Shown here one piece after another: positions 41,010 to 56,700 of a stretch of 64,000 nucleotides of DNA. The stretch's first letter is position 1, and each line of letters opens with the position of its first letter. Below the pieces are notes generated by a model, which was not told the origin of the DNA, did no database searches, and saw only the letters and a program-made list of their open reading frames with translations. Source of the DNA: Eledone cirrhosa (lineage: Eukaryota); contig OZ024740.1 in NCBI GenBank assembly GCA_964016885.1, forward strand, positions 150,970,001 to 151,034,000, written 5' to 3'. The translations under genes and the position numbers were made by a program.

Positions 41010-41483
41010 AATATATAAAAAAGTAAGTCCATAGAATCATCAGATAAAATATATACAGTATTTCTTCTCCCAATCAGCATAATCAGCCACATAAAAAATC
41101 ATTTAAACGAGGTTATAAGTTTAAAATATACTTATGAAGAAATAATAGATAAATAAATGATAGCTTTTTATCCGTGATTCACAGCCACAGAAAATTTACC
41201 TAATATTTCTGATAGCCTGTAGAAATTGACTAGACATATAGTTAACCATACATAATTAGGTACAAAATCAAAGTTAGAAGAAAAAATTTAGAAGAAATAC
41301 TAGGTAAATTTTTTTGTGGCTGTGAATCGCGGATAAAAAGCTATCAATTATTTATCTATTATTTCTTCATAAGTATATTTTAAACTTATAGCCTCGTTTA
41401 AATGATTTTTTTGTGTGGTTGATTATGCTGATAGGGAGAAGAAATACTGTATATAGATTTTATCTAATGATTCTATGGACTTA

Positions 41484-41490
<7 letters not shown>
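41010..41490. repeat. fold-back palindrome, about 200 bp arms
   Basis: 41013-41205 inverted at 41298-41490; each arm ends in a half hammerhead (ttttat CTGATGA/CTAATGA ttctatggac). Confidence 0.9.
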
Positions 41491-41567
<77 letters not shown>

Positions 41568-42199
41568 GCTAGAAATGATCTTGAGAATTATGAAGATGGT
41601 TATACATTTTGCACCGAAACATTAATCGATAAGTATAATAATGCACATTAGATGCAAATTTGTTTTTAAAAGAGACTACCAACTTGTGGTATATATGGTA
41701 TATCAAAGTGCTACCAATCCGTCCAGTTGACAAAAAGCAATGAATATTTCAAAGCAAGGGATGTTGTGAATGATGAGTTTCATTTATGGATTTCATGGTA
41801 CATATACGACATTTTAAAACAATATTGCTTTCGCATTATAATTTTTCCTTCATTATACGCAAGGATATTGAATTGTCGGACCTGTTGTATAGCTGTGTTA
41901 TTTTTATTGGTGTCAATGACACCATGAAAATCCAGAGTTAAGATGAGTGGAATGGAACTCAGTTACTTACAATCATATTTTTTCTTGCGATATTGTGCTG
42001 CTTTTTCAATGTCACATAAAAATATATCTATAAAATTGTAGATCTTTATTTTCTAAATGAGAACCAATTCTGTGATAAATTTTACCTAGCACTTTAAAAA
42101 TTAGTATGAATCAACTTTTCTGATAAGTTTGGCTTCATTTGATATGTATAATAGTATGCTAAAATTGTTTTCAGAGTATTTTGATTCTGAATTAAGACG

Positions 42200-42385
42200 C
42201 AAAGATTAGCAGTATCGGTAGAAGGTCGGACGCCATGCTTTGCAGCATAGAGTTGCGGCCTTTTACGGTCGGAGTTCAAAGCCTGCTGAGGGTAAATTTG
42301 CCCTTCATCCTTACGGGGTCGATAAAATAAAGCACCAGTAATGCACTGAGATAATTGCTGGCTTTGTGCCAAAAGTAGAAACAGT
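42200..42385 (+). mobile_element. SINE family 1
   Basis: Matches 14460-14640 and 62325-62520. Confidence 0.8.
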
Positions 42386-43373
42386 GATAAGTTCATTCGA
42401 TTCAGAACCAAATAATTCTAACCATTAGAACAACACATACTTAACGATTCCTTGTCCCACTTTCTAGAACAACACTTGTCACATGTTATGCAGAGCCCAG
42501 GGATACATTTTTTTCAATGCATAATCATGATGAGGATCATAATTAAATGCTGTTCCCTGCTATTTCACTCCACCATAGGTTTTCCTGCAGATTTTTTTCT
42601 GCAAGACTCAGTCGCATTTTAATCTTCCTTTCTTTTTTTTTTTACATATTTTGTGCACTTTTTCTCTCTTTTTGTTTTATTTTTTTTTGCAATCTTATTT
42701 CTTTATTTTTTTCATTTTCTTGCGCATATTTACTTTTACAATTTCCCATCATTCTCTATAATCATATTTATTACTTCTGATATTTGTTTACTATTTCTAA
42801 CACATTTTAGAATATTTCTATATCTACCACAAACACATCATTTTCATTATTGAGTTGAACAATAACCCTTACCTCTTTCTAGATACGTAATATATAAATG
42901 AATGTCCAAGTTCAATGTTATAAGCAGTAGAAAACAGGTAAATATTTTCAATGAATTTAATGAGGTACTCTACGAGCGGACTACTGTTTTAGATAGTGTC
43001 ATTAATAGTGACATGACTCTAAGCAAACAATCAGTATTTTTTCTTTTTTTTCTGTAAACTTTGTCATCTACTCACAATTGAAAAGGTATGAATAGTTGTG
43101 TTGTTTTCAGAATAGTTACAGCTTTAACTTCGAGTGTTTGACAGATAACTGTGTGTTTGTATGTGTGCTTTAGAGGAAGAGGTATGCAGTGAGAAAAATG
43201 TGTCCTATAGATGAGAATGAAATAAAGAAAAAGAGAGAAAAGGGAAATACACGTAATCGCGTCTGCTATTTCTAACAAATCTGGTGACAGCGTATTTTAG
43301 AAGGTTTCACAAACCCTCAGTAACACCCCATTACAACTTTCTGATCAAGCCCAATGTATGTATATATATATAT

Positions 43374-43497
<124 letters not shown>

Positions 43498-44846
43498 TAA
43501 TAGATATTTATGTTACAACAAGGAGTATATGTGAATAGTTTAAAGAAAATAAGACGTAGATATAACTAACATTGCTGCTTTATGTCATTGGACTACAATC
43601 ATGCAGTATGTATTTATATTTATACAAAGGTGCGCATAGACGCATATTTACAGATCAGACGTGATATAAGAAGATAGCTGTTGTGTCGACTTTGACGTGC
43701 GTTACAATGTTAGTCATTTACATTACAATGAATGATTCGATATAAAAGTCGACACTTGACCTGTGTGCAGCACAATGCGATCAAATCCATTATCTTATGA
43801 TTGTGAAGCTAACGATCTTACTATTCGGCTACATCTGCGTCCATTTACATAGAAACACATACTTACTCTTACATAAACATATAAATAATGCGCACACGCA
43901 AATACTCTTATATAAACACATGCAAATACACACATATTCAAACCAATAATTACACACACAAAGCTGGCGCTTTGAATTACAAGTGTAACTCATATGGCTT
44001 TCCCGCTGAGGAGACTTGAGCAATGTAAAATAAAGTGTCGCACTCAATGACAGAAGGTGTCGCCAGGAATCGAACTCACGACTTTACTTTCTACTTTCCT
44101 GAACCAAACACTATATTCTTTAAGTCATCACATTTCATCCATATACATCTGGATAATGGTACATGTAATGCAAAAACCCAGTTTAGTTTTATCGCACTCT
44201 GTGTTACGCTGAATCTCCTTGAGAACTACGTTCAGGCTACACGTGTCTGTTGAATTCTCAACTACTTGCACGTTAACTTCCTGAGAAGGCTGTTCTGTTG
44301 ATCGTATAAATGGAGCACTCATCGTTGGAACATATATACACATAATACAAATCAAATACATACATACAAACACAGATACACGCATAAATATCCATACACA
44401 GAAACACACATACATACATATGATTCCACAATATAGATGCAACGCAAATCACCATTGCACATACAAAACAAATATTTCTCTTCCCAAAATCACCTGCATT
44501 CCCAAAATCTTCTGCATTCCCCTACACCTTTTCCCTCTTTTCTTTTCATCTCTTTGTCTCCTACATTTCCTTTTCCAATGCCTCCTTCAATCCCAAGACA
44601 AATAATTACACTAATGAATTTAGTTTGCTGGTAAGTGTTCCGCTAATGCCCTCGGGTAACGCCACACTAAAAACAGCACTTCTGTTGCGAAGGTGGAAAC
44701 ACGTTTCTGAGCGGCCACATTAAATTGGACGCCATTTTGAAATATTTGTTTTGCTTAAGTGTTGGACCAATTTACTAGGGAGATGTATTTGTGGCGGCAA
44801 ATAACTGTTATGTGCGTGTTGATAAGTTTTAGAATATTAGTGCGCG

Positions 44847-44964
<118 letters not shown>

Positions 44965-45067
44965 AATATATATATACATATCTGTGTGTGTATATATATA
45001 TATTGTTATACTTGGGGAGAGTCATATTTGTGTAATAATATTGCCAGAATTAATAACAGAATTAATA

Positions 45068-45167
<100 letters not shown>

Positions 45168-45307
45168 TATATATAAATATATATATAGAGGTTATCACAT
45201 ACATAAAATTAAATTAAATTAAATCAAGGATACATATATGTGTTGCAACTGTTCACTTTTAAGCTCAATGAAGAATTAATAAATTAAAATCAAAAAATCA
45301 GAGCATT

Positions 45308-45450
45308 ATATCATAACTCATGTCTATAGAATTAATCAGATATTAAAATATATACTATTTCTTCTTCTATACTATTTCTTCTGCTGATTAGAAGAAGAAA
45401 TAGTATATATTTTAATATCTGATTAATTCTATAGACATGAGTTATGATAA
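45308..45450. repeat. fold-back palindrome, about 55 bp arms, in (TA)n
   Basis: tatcataactcatgtctatagaattaatcagatatt.. inverted as ..aatatctgattaattctatagacatgagttatgata. Confidence 0.88.
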
Positions 45451-45458
45451 ATATATAT

Positions 45459-45501
<43 letters not shown>

Positions 45502-45502
45502 A

Positions 45503-46106
45503 CTGCGATGAATTAGTTTTGCGAGGTTTTTGATTAAAGATTAAGGTGGTAGAAAAGCCAGGAACCACCATAAAATCCCTGATCAGCAAAACCTACCCTT
45601 TTAAGAAAACCCACTGTACTAATAGGAAATGTATCATATGTAGGGTAAACCCCCGGATAAACTGTAAAACTAGAACGTAGTCTATAGCATAAGATGTACA
45701 GAGGGTATTTGCAGAAACATGACAACAACATACATAGGCGAGACAGCTCGTAGCATAGGTGAAAGGATAGACCAACACTGGGGGAACTAAAAGGACGAAA
45801 AAATGGGTCAGTACTATAAGAACATGCCAGACAACAACACGACGGTAACATAGACAACATAGAAATTAGAATAATATCTAAACATAGAAATGACCCAGCA
45901 GATAGGCGAATCAGAGAGGCCAGTGAAATAGAACTTAGAAGGCCAAGGCTAAACAGAAAGAATGAATGGAATAACAACAACACCCAAACAAACAACACTG
46001 ACCTAAGAGATGTATAAATAAATAAATAAATAGATAAATAAATAAATAAATAAATAAATACATACACAAGCACAATAACAACAAACACATATAAACACAC
46101 ACTAGT
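45503..46106 (+). mobile_element. second, more truncated copy of the 1471-4523 PLE
   Basis: 45537-46106 matches about 3515-4065 with frameshifts and a stop; runs into the assembly gap. Confidence 0.93.
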
Positions 46107-46306
46107 NNNNNNNNNNNNNNNNNNNNNNNNNNNNNNNNNNNNNNNNNNNNNNNNNNNNNNNNNNNNNNNNNNNNNNNNNNNNNNNNNNNNNNNNNNNNNN
46201 NNNNNNNNNNNNNNNNNNNNNNNNNNNNNNNNNNNNNNNNNNNNNNNNNNNNNNNNNNNNNNNNNNNNNNNNNNNNNNNNNNNNNNNNNNNNNNNNNNNN
46301 NNNNNN
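46107..46306. other. assembly gap (N run)
   Basis: 200 N. Confidence 0.99.
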
Positions 46307-46307
46307 A

Positions 46308-47340
46308 CGTTTGCAGCTTAGTAAAAAAAAAAAAAAAAAAAAAAGAGCGGCGGAGAGGCCTGAGCGCATGTTTGCGCATCAGCAGCCACCGCGCACCCCA
46401 GCTCTTCGCAAAAGGAGCGTTCAACGAAATGGATTTTCCTCTTCTGGTACCGAGCTGCTTACCCGCCGAATTATCCAGGTTGATTTTTGCTCCCTTCAAC
46501 GTTTCATTTTACTCTAAAGTTGCCGACCATCTTGATTTCCGAAAACCTCGACACAATGACGGTGAGATCGTCCGCTTATGCTGCACAGCCCTTCCACGAC
46601 CCGGTCGAGTGGTATGCCATGCAACTGCTCCAGCTTCCGCAGTAATGGTTCGAGATTCCAGCTCATAAAGAAGAGAGGAGAGAGGGTATCGTTGATGGAC
46701 CAAGCGCGTGACCTGAAACGGTTCCAGAAAGTAGCAATTTACTTTCATCAGCGAGCTGATGTATTGTAGTGATCAGCCTCTGGAGACATATCTGAAGACA
46801 GCGTCCAGGTATCAATGTTGGGCCCTATCGAAAGCTTTCGATTGATTCAAAGTGATCAGAGGCCCTTCAAAGCCAAGCCCCTCTGAAGCCAAGCCTTGAC
46901 ATATCTACGTAAAACGCATAGTACAGATGATCCAAACCGGGCAAATTGCGCCTGGTACAGTCGGCCAGAGCTTACGGTATCTCGCTCGCTGTAATCGGCT
47001 ATTCGCAACACTCCGCATCAGTCGCTGTGAGTCGTGCAGGCGATCGAGGTAGGAACTGAAGCCCACTACCGTCTCTGTGGCCCCGTTCTTCCTGGACAGT
47101 ATTGCCAGTCGTTCAAAATTCTGGTGAAAAACCGCACACATTTCCTTGGAATTGACTAGCACGTGACCCTCTCGGTCCATCAAAACTGAATTGTGGTTTT
47201 GTTGCTCCGCTGCAACTCAGCCCATTGAACTGCTTTCTTTCCATCGTTTTCTTAGAGCACGCGTCTTAGCTCTGACAATGCTACCTTCGTGTTTCTCATT
47301 GAAGAACTGGTCCAGTGCAGTTCTCACCGTAGAAAGCTCG
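46308..47340 (-). pseudogene. older L1/Tx1-type ORF2 fragment
   Basis: DQFFNEKHEG, LITLNQSKAFDR, HQRYPLSSLLYELE; similar to 31050-32650. Confidence 0.8.
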
Positions 47341-47477
47341 TTGCAATATACATATAGATGTTTACCGTACATGTGTATATAAATTCACACATATCATGTG
47401 AAAAAGCATAAATAACTGAAGGCTTTATATAATGTGTCGCTTATAGTAGTATCACTGACATGTCCATACTTAGCAGC

Positions 47478-47511
<34 letters not shown>

Positions 47512-47596
47512 CATACACACACACACACATATTCTCTCACACACACATATATATATATATATGATATATATATATACATACACATACATACACATA

Positions 47597-47703
<107 letters not shown>

Positions 47704-47719
47704 TTAAATCGGAACTACC

Positions 47720-50290
47720 TGTTAGACTTATAGCACCATCTAAATCTGATCTAGGAATTATAAGTAAGAACATTTTAGACAAAATAATACCAATATTAAA
47801 GATGCGATCCCAGCTTAAATTATGGAATGGAACACATGATTCACTGATTTTCACAATAAAAGCTTGATTAAATTTATACAATTGTATACAATTAGTTACT
47901 TCTCTTCTATTTCACCAACACTATTTAATAGAGCCTTAACTTATGCAACGAAATATACTGATCTTTCTAGAGATGAAGTTAAGATTATTCTACGGCTAGG
48001 AAAAAGATAATTGGTTTCAATGGAGAATTATGGACCAGAGCCGATTGACCTGGAAATGTTGACATCACTATGGGTTCCACACACTCGGCTCAGGTCACTG
48101 ACCCTGTTGGAGTTTTTTTATTCTTAACCTAATTAAAAGATTACCTGAACTTGGTGGATGGTTGTATCGTGATGATGCTCTTTTTACCTTAATCAACCTT
48201 AATAATAACGCCCTTAATAGGAAAAAGAAAATAATAATTGATTTTTTTTGTTAATAATTATGGTCTTAAACTCGGAATAGAAAATAATAATAGAGTAGTT
48301 AACTTCCTAGACATAACGTTAAACCTTAATTCTGGACTTTACTCCCCATATCATAAATTAAATGAAAATCTTAATTATGTTAGCTACCACTCTAACCACC
48401 CTAGAAATGTTAAGAAGGCCATAGTTAATAGTGTTCAGCAAAGAATATCTAGAGTCTCAGCTAATAAGGAAACTTTCGATTGTAAGGCTAGTTACTATAA
48501 TAATGCATTAAAGAGAGCAGGTTACGATGAAAACATTGACTACATAGATATTGATAAAAATAATTACACCCCACCGCATAGAAATAAACAGACAGTAGAT
48601 ATTAACATCAATATACATACGGTTTATGACAATTATAATGATGTAGGTATCCGAAACCTAAACTATAGTTTAATCAGATGTCGAATAGACATAATTCCTA
48701 TACAACTAATAACTCACATATGAAGGTTCGATAGGAATTAAGAAGAACTTAGCTTGTCTTTCCTTTAACGCACTTGATAAATGCATTTCTAGATCGCATA
48801 AATGCAGTAAAATCTTTATCCGACACACTATTAAATTTCCTACTCGACTGCTAAAAATATTGCTCAAAATATAGCTAAAATTAACAATAGAAATCTTGGA
48901 ATTAAATATAGGGAAACAACTCACAATAATAATCATAGAATCACTAATGAAATTAACATCTCAAATAACAGTCATAATTCCATTAACATAGACGAGGGAG
49001 ATCTACCGACTTATGAACACAGAGTGGGAAATTTAAATAGTAACGTGAATAATTGTAATTGTAAAAAACGTAATATTTGCTCACTTAATAATAACTATCT
49101 TGATCGTAACTTAGTTTATAAATGCATAGTTAAAGCGATTAATAAGTATTATAGTATTGGTGCTACTTCTTAATTTAAAGAAAGGTGCTATGATCATCGC
49201 CACTCGTTTAAAATAAAAGATAAATAATTTAGTACTGCCCTCTCTGAATTGATTTGACCACTTAAAAATAATAATATCGAATATTCCATTTCTTGGCAGA
49301 AACTTTCTTGTGCTTTGCCTTATGAATATGCATCTATATCTAAGGAATGTAACTTCTGTACCACAGAAATTCGCCACAGCATTCAAAATAGCATTTAATT
49401 ATAAATAAACGCTCTGAAATCTTCAGTGCTTGTCTTCATAAGTTTGGCAAAATATTTCATAGGGTATTTAGTTAAATTTTAAATAAAATTTAGTAGACTA
49501 TTAAATAAACATTGTAAAAGTTTCTTTATATATAGTTTTTTCTGCTTTTTTTTTATTTATAAATCGTTAATAAGCTAAATAAAACAAATAAGTATTATAA
49601 TATTCCTTCATCATAACTTTTACATCTATTTTAACTTTAATTAGTATATAAACGAATTAATTTTAATATAAATTGACATATTAGGCTATAATACATGCAT
49701 TTTTCTAGCGAGAACAAATACATCTTTTCTTTTGAACCAATTTATTAATCCCATATAATGATAACCTAGCCAGTTATAAATTAGCAAAGCAAATTGTTAA
49801 ATATTTTTTCCACTCTCATAAATTAAATTGTTTATATAAACTACGATAAATTGTCTAGGAAATTAATAATTTATAATTTTTTCATTATTAATCTGCATCT
49901 TCGAATATTTATTTTTTAGTATAATATCTAATTTAATCTAACTTAAGTTATAAATAAATAGCCTAATGGTCAATATTTGTTTTTGTTTTGATATGTTTTA
50001 CCAATCCATTGCCATCATACTATCACCAGTTCGAAAACGTCAATACCAACTTTAATATTTCTCCCACTCAAATAATACCTTCTGTGTTGAGATTTTTATA
50101 TCTCATATGCTTATTGGCTACGGATCTGAACAGCTCGTCTGACTGCCTGCATATCTAATGTTTTCTACATCTCCAGTGGATTTTGTCTAAAGAGAACATG
50201 TTTGGGCTTATATTATACATAAGCCTTGCATCTTCGAAATACGTATAATAAAATAACTTAGTATGGTCTAAAGTAACAGTCTTTCGTTTA
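47720..50290 (+). mobile_element. decayed PLE (RT + GIY-YIG remnants, AT-rich 3' region, terminal hammerhead variant)
   Basis: ITMGS..AQVTD, YRDD, VNFLDITLNL..YHSNHP..RISRVS..YNNALKRAGY, CNCKKRNICSL..LVYKC..IGAT; hammerhead variant at 50180-50254. Confidence 0.85.
50180..50254 (+). ncRNA. hammerhead ribozyme with core substitution (CTAAAGA), probably inactive
   Basis: attttgt CTAAAGA GAA..TTC GAAA TACGTA TA ataaaat. Confidence 0.6.
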
Positions 50291-50299
50291 TTACATAGT

Positions 50300-50843
50300 A
50301 TCTAGGCCATAGTATCTAGAATAAGGACGGGTTGGAAGAAGTTTAGGGAGCTGTTTCCTCTGTTGACAAAGAAGGGTTTCTCCCTGCGTACGAAAGGCCG
50401 GTTATATGATGCCGGTGTGAGATGCGCAATGCTGCGTGGTAGCGAGACATAGGCAGCAACTGTAGAGGATATGCAACGGCTGGAGAAAATGAAGCAATCA
50501 TGCTCCGTTGGATGTGTAATGTTAATGTGCGTGAACGACCAAGCATTGCTGAGTTGAGAGAGAAACTGTGTATAAGAGGGATAAGTTATAGTGTGCGGGA
50601 GAGAAGACTGAGATGGTATGGACATGTGATGCGTATGGAGGATGAGTGCTGGGTAAAGAAGTGCCAAGAAATCGCAGTAAAAGGAAGACCACGATAAACA
50701 TGGGCGAAGGTGGTGAGATCGGACCTCAGATCGCTGAAGCTCACGGAGGAGATGACGAAGCACCGTGACAAGTGGAGAGATGCTGAACAGGACTCGTCCT
50801 ACCCTTGCAAGCAGAGAAAAGCGGACGTAAAATAATGATGATG

Positions 50844-50845
<2 letters not shown>
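50300..50845 (+). pseudogene. RTE-clade LINE 3' fragment with (ATG)n tail
   Basis: [36 protein letters not shown]; tail aagcggacgtaaaa(atg)n also at 17310-17365. Confidence 0.88.
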
Positions 50846-50876
<31 letters not shown>

Positions 50877-50898
50877 TATATATATACACACACACACC

Positions 50899-51010
<112 letters not shown>

Positions 51011-51092
51011 TTTATCCCGGGTTCAATCGGGGGTAACCACAGTAAGTAAGGTACTCAATATGTAGCAGAGTATAAATATTTAATATAGAAAT

Positions 51093-51143
51093 GGCTTCTA
51101 CAGGACTAGAAGTGTTTCATTCGGGAGAAATCATCAGGAAGCC
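51093..51143 (-). ncRNA. type I hammerhead ribozyme in a short palindrome (mirror core at 51144-51188 plus)
   Basis: ggcttc CTGATGA tTTC..GAAt GAAA CA..TG TA gaagcc; 6-bp stem I. Confidence 0.75.
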
Positions 51144-51198
51144 CTGATGATTTCTCCCGACTGAAACAGTTCTAGTCTTCTAGAAGCCATTTCTCTAT

Positions 51199-51259
<61 letters not shown>

Positions 51260-51439
51260 TTCTCTCTATATATATATACAGTATATTTGTATGTATGTAC
51301 GAATGTATACAAAATTATTATTATTAAATCCTATAAAACCCTTATTCAATTTCGTACTCATAATTTAAAAAGAAAAGTAGAATTTAGATATTATTTAATG
51401 CATGTAAACCCCATGGTTAAGTTTAACTCGTACTAAAAC

Positions 51440-51616
51440 AGTTAGAGTCGATCTGACGGGTTTCTAAACTGTTTCCATCTATCAAATTTAACTTATTAGG
51501 CATGATTAGATACGAGCCTTTGGTGATATATGCCCAAGATACGACGCAGTGAACACGATTCCAAATCCATATGATTGCGAACCGACCGTCGTAACCATTC
51601 GGCTATGCTACTTCCA
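51440..51616 (-). mobile_element. tRNA-derived SINE family 3, decayed
   Basis: Reverse has tagccgaatggtta (A-box-like), atcttgggca, and gatagatggaaacag..aaacccgtc. Confidence 0.55.
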
Positions 51617-52263
51617 CAGGGCGTAAAAAGACTGAGAACATTGCCCCACGACAGTGAATTAACGAATAAATGGCAAAAATTAAGTGATGAGGTTGGGCTT
51701 AACAAATATGGAAAAGTAATGGGAACGTTATGAAGATGATATTGGGTGGTAACGTATGGGTCCTTTTCTTTTTTTTCTTTCGTTAATAAAAAAAATTGTT
51801 CTTAATATCATTTATCAATCAATAGAATCATATCATTTATCAATCAATCAATAGAATCGATACCACGGGAATATGTTTCTGATTAACAAAGAAACGATGA
51901 CAGAAGAGAAAGAGGAATGAAATGAAAATGTATATAAATATATATATGTGTGTGTGTGTGTGTATGTGTGTGTGTATGTGTGCGTGTGTGTGCGCTCGCG
52001 CGCGTGTATTGCTGTGTACGTGTGTGTGTGTGGGTGCTGGTGTTTGTCTGTGTTTTAATTGTACGTATGAAGTTCTGTATTTATATATACACGCACATAT
52101 ATATATATTTATATATATTTATATTTATGAATATGTATATTTATGTATATGTATATTTATATTTATGTATATGTACATATTTATATACACATATATATAT
52201 ATATATATGTATGTATATAAATATGTACATATACATAAATATAAACACACAGATAAACACCAG

Positions 52264-52355
<92 letters not shown>

Positions 52356-53299
52356 AGATAGATTGAGAGGGAGAAAAAGATGGAAGTTCTAATACGAAAA
52401 GATACTCCATACTAATTCGGGGTTGATGAATGTTTGATTTGGGCTGAACCATCGATTATTCATGGAAAACCTTCCATTGATCTATTCATTGGCCAAATAT
52501 TATTGATGCTTTATTATTAAGCTAGCTATATTTCATATTGCAGATTTTTCTTCTTTACGATATTGTGAAAATTTAAGGAATCGCCATCAAACGTCCATTA
52601 TACGCCGTAAAAACCTCTGCTTGATTCTTCAGTAAAGATCTAACCTTTTTGCCCCCATAAACTGGCCGGTTTATTAATGAAGGAAAAACCAGACATTATC
52701 CAACTGCTTTTAATAGAAAGCTAACTTATATTTCTATTGGTTTAACAGACGAGATGGAGTCCAAAGCTTTTGGCAGAAGCTCGTGAGATGTTTATTACAT
52801 CGTATATATTGATTTACAGTTTGCTGTTTATTCAGGGCGGTTTGTGGTTGTTGGCTGGACGGTCGAGTTTTGTGGTCTTCACTAATGTACTACTATGGCT
52901 AGTCACAAACTGTTAATTTGTATATAGACAGACTGTTTATAAACAATTTCTTTCCTACTGTTCAGTGTTAAATTGTGAAATAATTGTTTAAAATTACCCA
53001 ACATTATTCGACTACCTAGCAATTAACCATAGGCGGCGAATTCATACATACGTCTATTATTCAATTAACTATTCTTTTGTAAATAATTCATTATGAAGCA
53101 ACTGGTCATTAGTTTACATTTGTCTGTTCACTTACATGCAATGACAAATAATGTACCGACTGTACACTGGTATAAGGTCTGTCTATAAACCAAATGTTTA
53201 CTGATTTACATATAGTTCCCTGAAATAGAGTATGACATTTTAGAAGTATATAGCAAACAACATGTGCCTGGCTGTCAGACATATATATCATGGCAAATT

Positions 53300-55558
53300 A
53301 GAATGGACCTCCATCCTTGTAGACGATGACCATCGAATTCTTCTGACAATGGTCCAGTCTGCAAGATAAATTAATGTGCGAATGTCTGTGCACTTGACAG
53401 ACACATGTACCACTAACAAAGTTCTCATAGTGATTCAGTGTGAGATTTTGAGATAAAGCTGGCCTTTTGAAATACAGGTGCAGTCCATCCAATGGGCTTC
53501 CAGACAGTTTCCGTCTCCCTAATTTCACTCGCAAAGTGTAGGTTGACCTGGCGCTATGGTGAGCAACTGAAGTAGCTGATATATAAGACGCTCTGGATAA
53601 AAATAACACAAGGGAATTTTATAATCTGAAGGCGGTGTATGGTCCAGGATAGAGCAGGTCTAATCCATCTTCTGGTGGTACAATTCTATACACAGACAAA
53701 GCTAAGATACTCTCTGGATAGAAGGAGCTCTTTCGAAAGGTTCTAAATACTGAGTAAATCGTTGATGAAGATGTGATATAATCTATTCCAGAAAGACCGG
53801 ATATAGCCGACTTAGCATTCAATCCAAGCTTGAATGAAGTACAAGTTTCTATCAAGTAATTGTCATCAAATATAACTCCTGGTAACGATTATAGCCCACC
53901 AGAAATTTTCAAATGTAGCAGTCAAGAATTGATTCGTAAGCTATTTCTGGAAATCTGGAATGTCGAGCATGTCCCACAAAATTTTAGAGATGCATCTATA
54001 ATCCATCTCTTCAAAAACAAAGGTAAAATCATCTATCTGTGACAACTCTCACGGCATCTCCCTTTCAGTACTGTTGGCAAGATACTTGCTCGTGTTCATC
54101 AGAATTACATCCAGACTTGTTGATAATATCAACACTGAAAATCAATGTGGCTTCCGCACAGGCCGGGGTACTACTGACATGATTTTCTCTCTTCACCATG
54201 TTGCAGAGAATGTTCCTGAAAGAACCAGAAAGCATTTATGGTCTTTTTTTACTTTGACACTGTCAATTGCAATGCTCCCTCGAAAATCCTGACAATATAC
54301 TGAAGGTTGTCAAGTCTTTTCACAAGGGGATGAGAACATCAGTTATGTCAAATGGCGAATGATCTGAACCCTTTGGTATCACAAACGGTACAAAGCAGGT
54401 TTGTGTAATGGCTCCTGGTCTCTTTGCTTTATTCTTCTCTGTAATGCTTGTGTCAGATTTAAATCCCGTAGAGCAAGTGGATTATTCAACCATCAGCACA
54501 TTCAAGCTAACGCACTTACGCTAACAAATGTTATTCATGGTTTACTATGATGCTGCGCTTGTGGCAGCATCCGTTGAAGAAGCACAACAACTGATTAACA
54601 GTTTCTCGCTTGTCTACAAAGCGTTTGGTTCAACAATCAACATTAAAAAGACTGAAGTGGTATATCAGCCAAAGCCAACCACCCGCAGGCAACTAGAAGA
54701 TGCTGGTCAAGGACAGCCATAGCACAGACATCTCCATGTTCCCATCACTAATGATGGCAACGATCTGAAGTTTGTGAACTCCTTTACTTACCTTGGCAGC
54801 AAGGTGAACCCCTCTGCATCTCTGAATGATGAGATCGTCGAACGCGTATCCCAAGAAAATAACACCTTTGGCAAATTGGATCACTGTCTTTGGTGTGTCC
54901 GAGATATATCCCTGAAAAGGAAGGTTGCAGTTCATCATGCAGTTGTACTGACAACACTTATATACGGCTCGGAGTATATTTTATAGCTTGATGTCTTCCA
55001 CAAACATTGTCTTTACTCTATCTGTGGTTATATACTTTCTGGGAGAGTCTCCAATGTCGATCTCTTCACGAGATGCAACATCTGTGGGACTAAGACATTT
55101 CTGTTGCAATTCTAACTAAGATGGGCTTTCATGGCATACGAATGACTGCAAACCGCAAACCCAGAGTCAAATTCATAATGTGCATGTAATGTAGACACAC
55201 CATTACTCAGATATAAAGACAAACTGAGGTCCAACCTTAAATCCGTAAACATTTTTTTCACTTCTTTTGAATCCCTAGCTGCTAACCGTGGAAAATGGAG
55301 AACTGTTTACCTTCTAGGTACATAAAACTATGAAAAATCTAGCCTGGTCAATTTCGTGATCTAAGATCTTACACCAAAATCTGATAAAATATTCCATCTT
55401 GCTCCGCTCAATCCTTTCATCGGCACTACATACGGTTTGATGAGTAAATCAACTGCTGGACTAGAGTGCCATTTTGGGCATAGCCATAAAACGCCTGAGA
55501 AGACTGTTGAACCCTCATATGTCGATATACGACGGGAGAGTCCATCACACATACACAC
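53300..55558 (+). pseudogene. RTE/BovB-like LINE remnant
   Basis: VPQNFRDASIIHLFKNKG, QCGFRTGRGTTDMIFSL, NGTKQ, TINIKKTEV, FTYLGS, LTTLIYGSE; ends gtccatcacacatacac. Confidence 0.85.
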
Positions 55559-55563
55559 TTACA

Positions 55564-55800
<237 letters not shown>

Positions 55801-55819
55801 ATATATATATATATATATA

Positions 55820-56700
55820 ACGACTCTCGCCGACAAAATTTGGCACTTAAAAGGGAGTAACCGACAATACACCCTTAAATGGACCAAACTCTCACATGCT
55901 CCTCCATACCGGAGTGGGATGAAAACGTGCCCGTTGTGTAATAATGAGCTCTTCCATATCCTAAGCTCAAGTCACCAACTACTCAACAACAAAATTGAAA
56001 GGTCAATTTTTTGCCAGCATAAACTAAGAGCGAAATTCTCACACTTCAAACCTTCAACCAAATCGTAACACTACCTATCTTTCTACCCTAAATAACAATT
56101 CTACACCCCTAAAAATAGACTATATATGAAATTTAATACTTTCTTCCTTCATCTGTTCTCTGGTAAGACTTTCGCCTGTCCTCTTCCAAATGCCTCTTAA
56201 AATTCTATCTTCCTTCTCTCTCCCTCTACTCATCACAACTTTTAGCACACAACCCTCCTCCCCCTCCCTATACAAATCCTCTCACACCACACTATCTCTT
56301 TCTCTCCCTACCTCCATCCCTTTTCTCTCTCTCTCTCTCTTTCTCTCTCTCCCTCTCTTTTGCCCCCCTCTCTCTCTGTTCCTCTATCTTACACTACTAC
56401 CCCTTATTTCATTTCCTAAGGTCATTCCAACTTTGTATTATGAAAATTCGGATGCTACAGTATCTTTCTTGATTGCCTATTATAACATAGTGTAGCAATA
56501 ATGGACTGAAATTCTGATGAAACAATTGTTAATACGTGGATTAAATTCTTTTGTAACTGTTTACCTTCGTCCTATTTCTCTTCTTTGATTACACTCCTCG
56601 TTTGTTCGTGTTTCCACTACAGAATCCCTACCAACCTGTCGAGTCACCTTAACGTATGTTGAGAACTTTCTTCACAACTTGTTCTACCAAGCTTTGGAAT
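55820..56700 (+). mobile_element. PLE 3' fragment (GIY-YIG C-terminus + 3' UTR)
   Basis: TTLADKIWHLKGSNRQYTLKW..APPYRSGMKTCPLCNNE..LLNNKIE..CQHK; decayed GAAA CAATTG TT motif at about 56518. Confidence 0.75.

Noticed and set aside
45534-46499. 321-aa ORF
   Set aside because: Reads through the N gap, joining an L1 fragment to antisense PLE.
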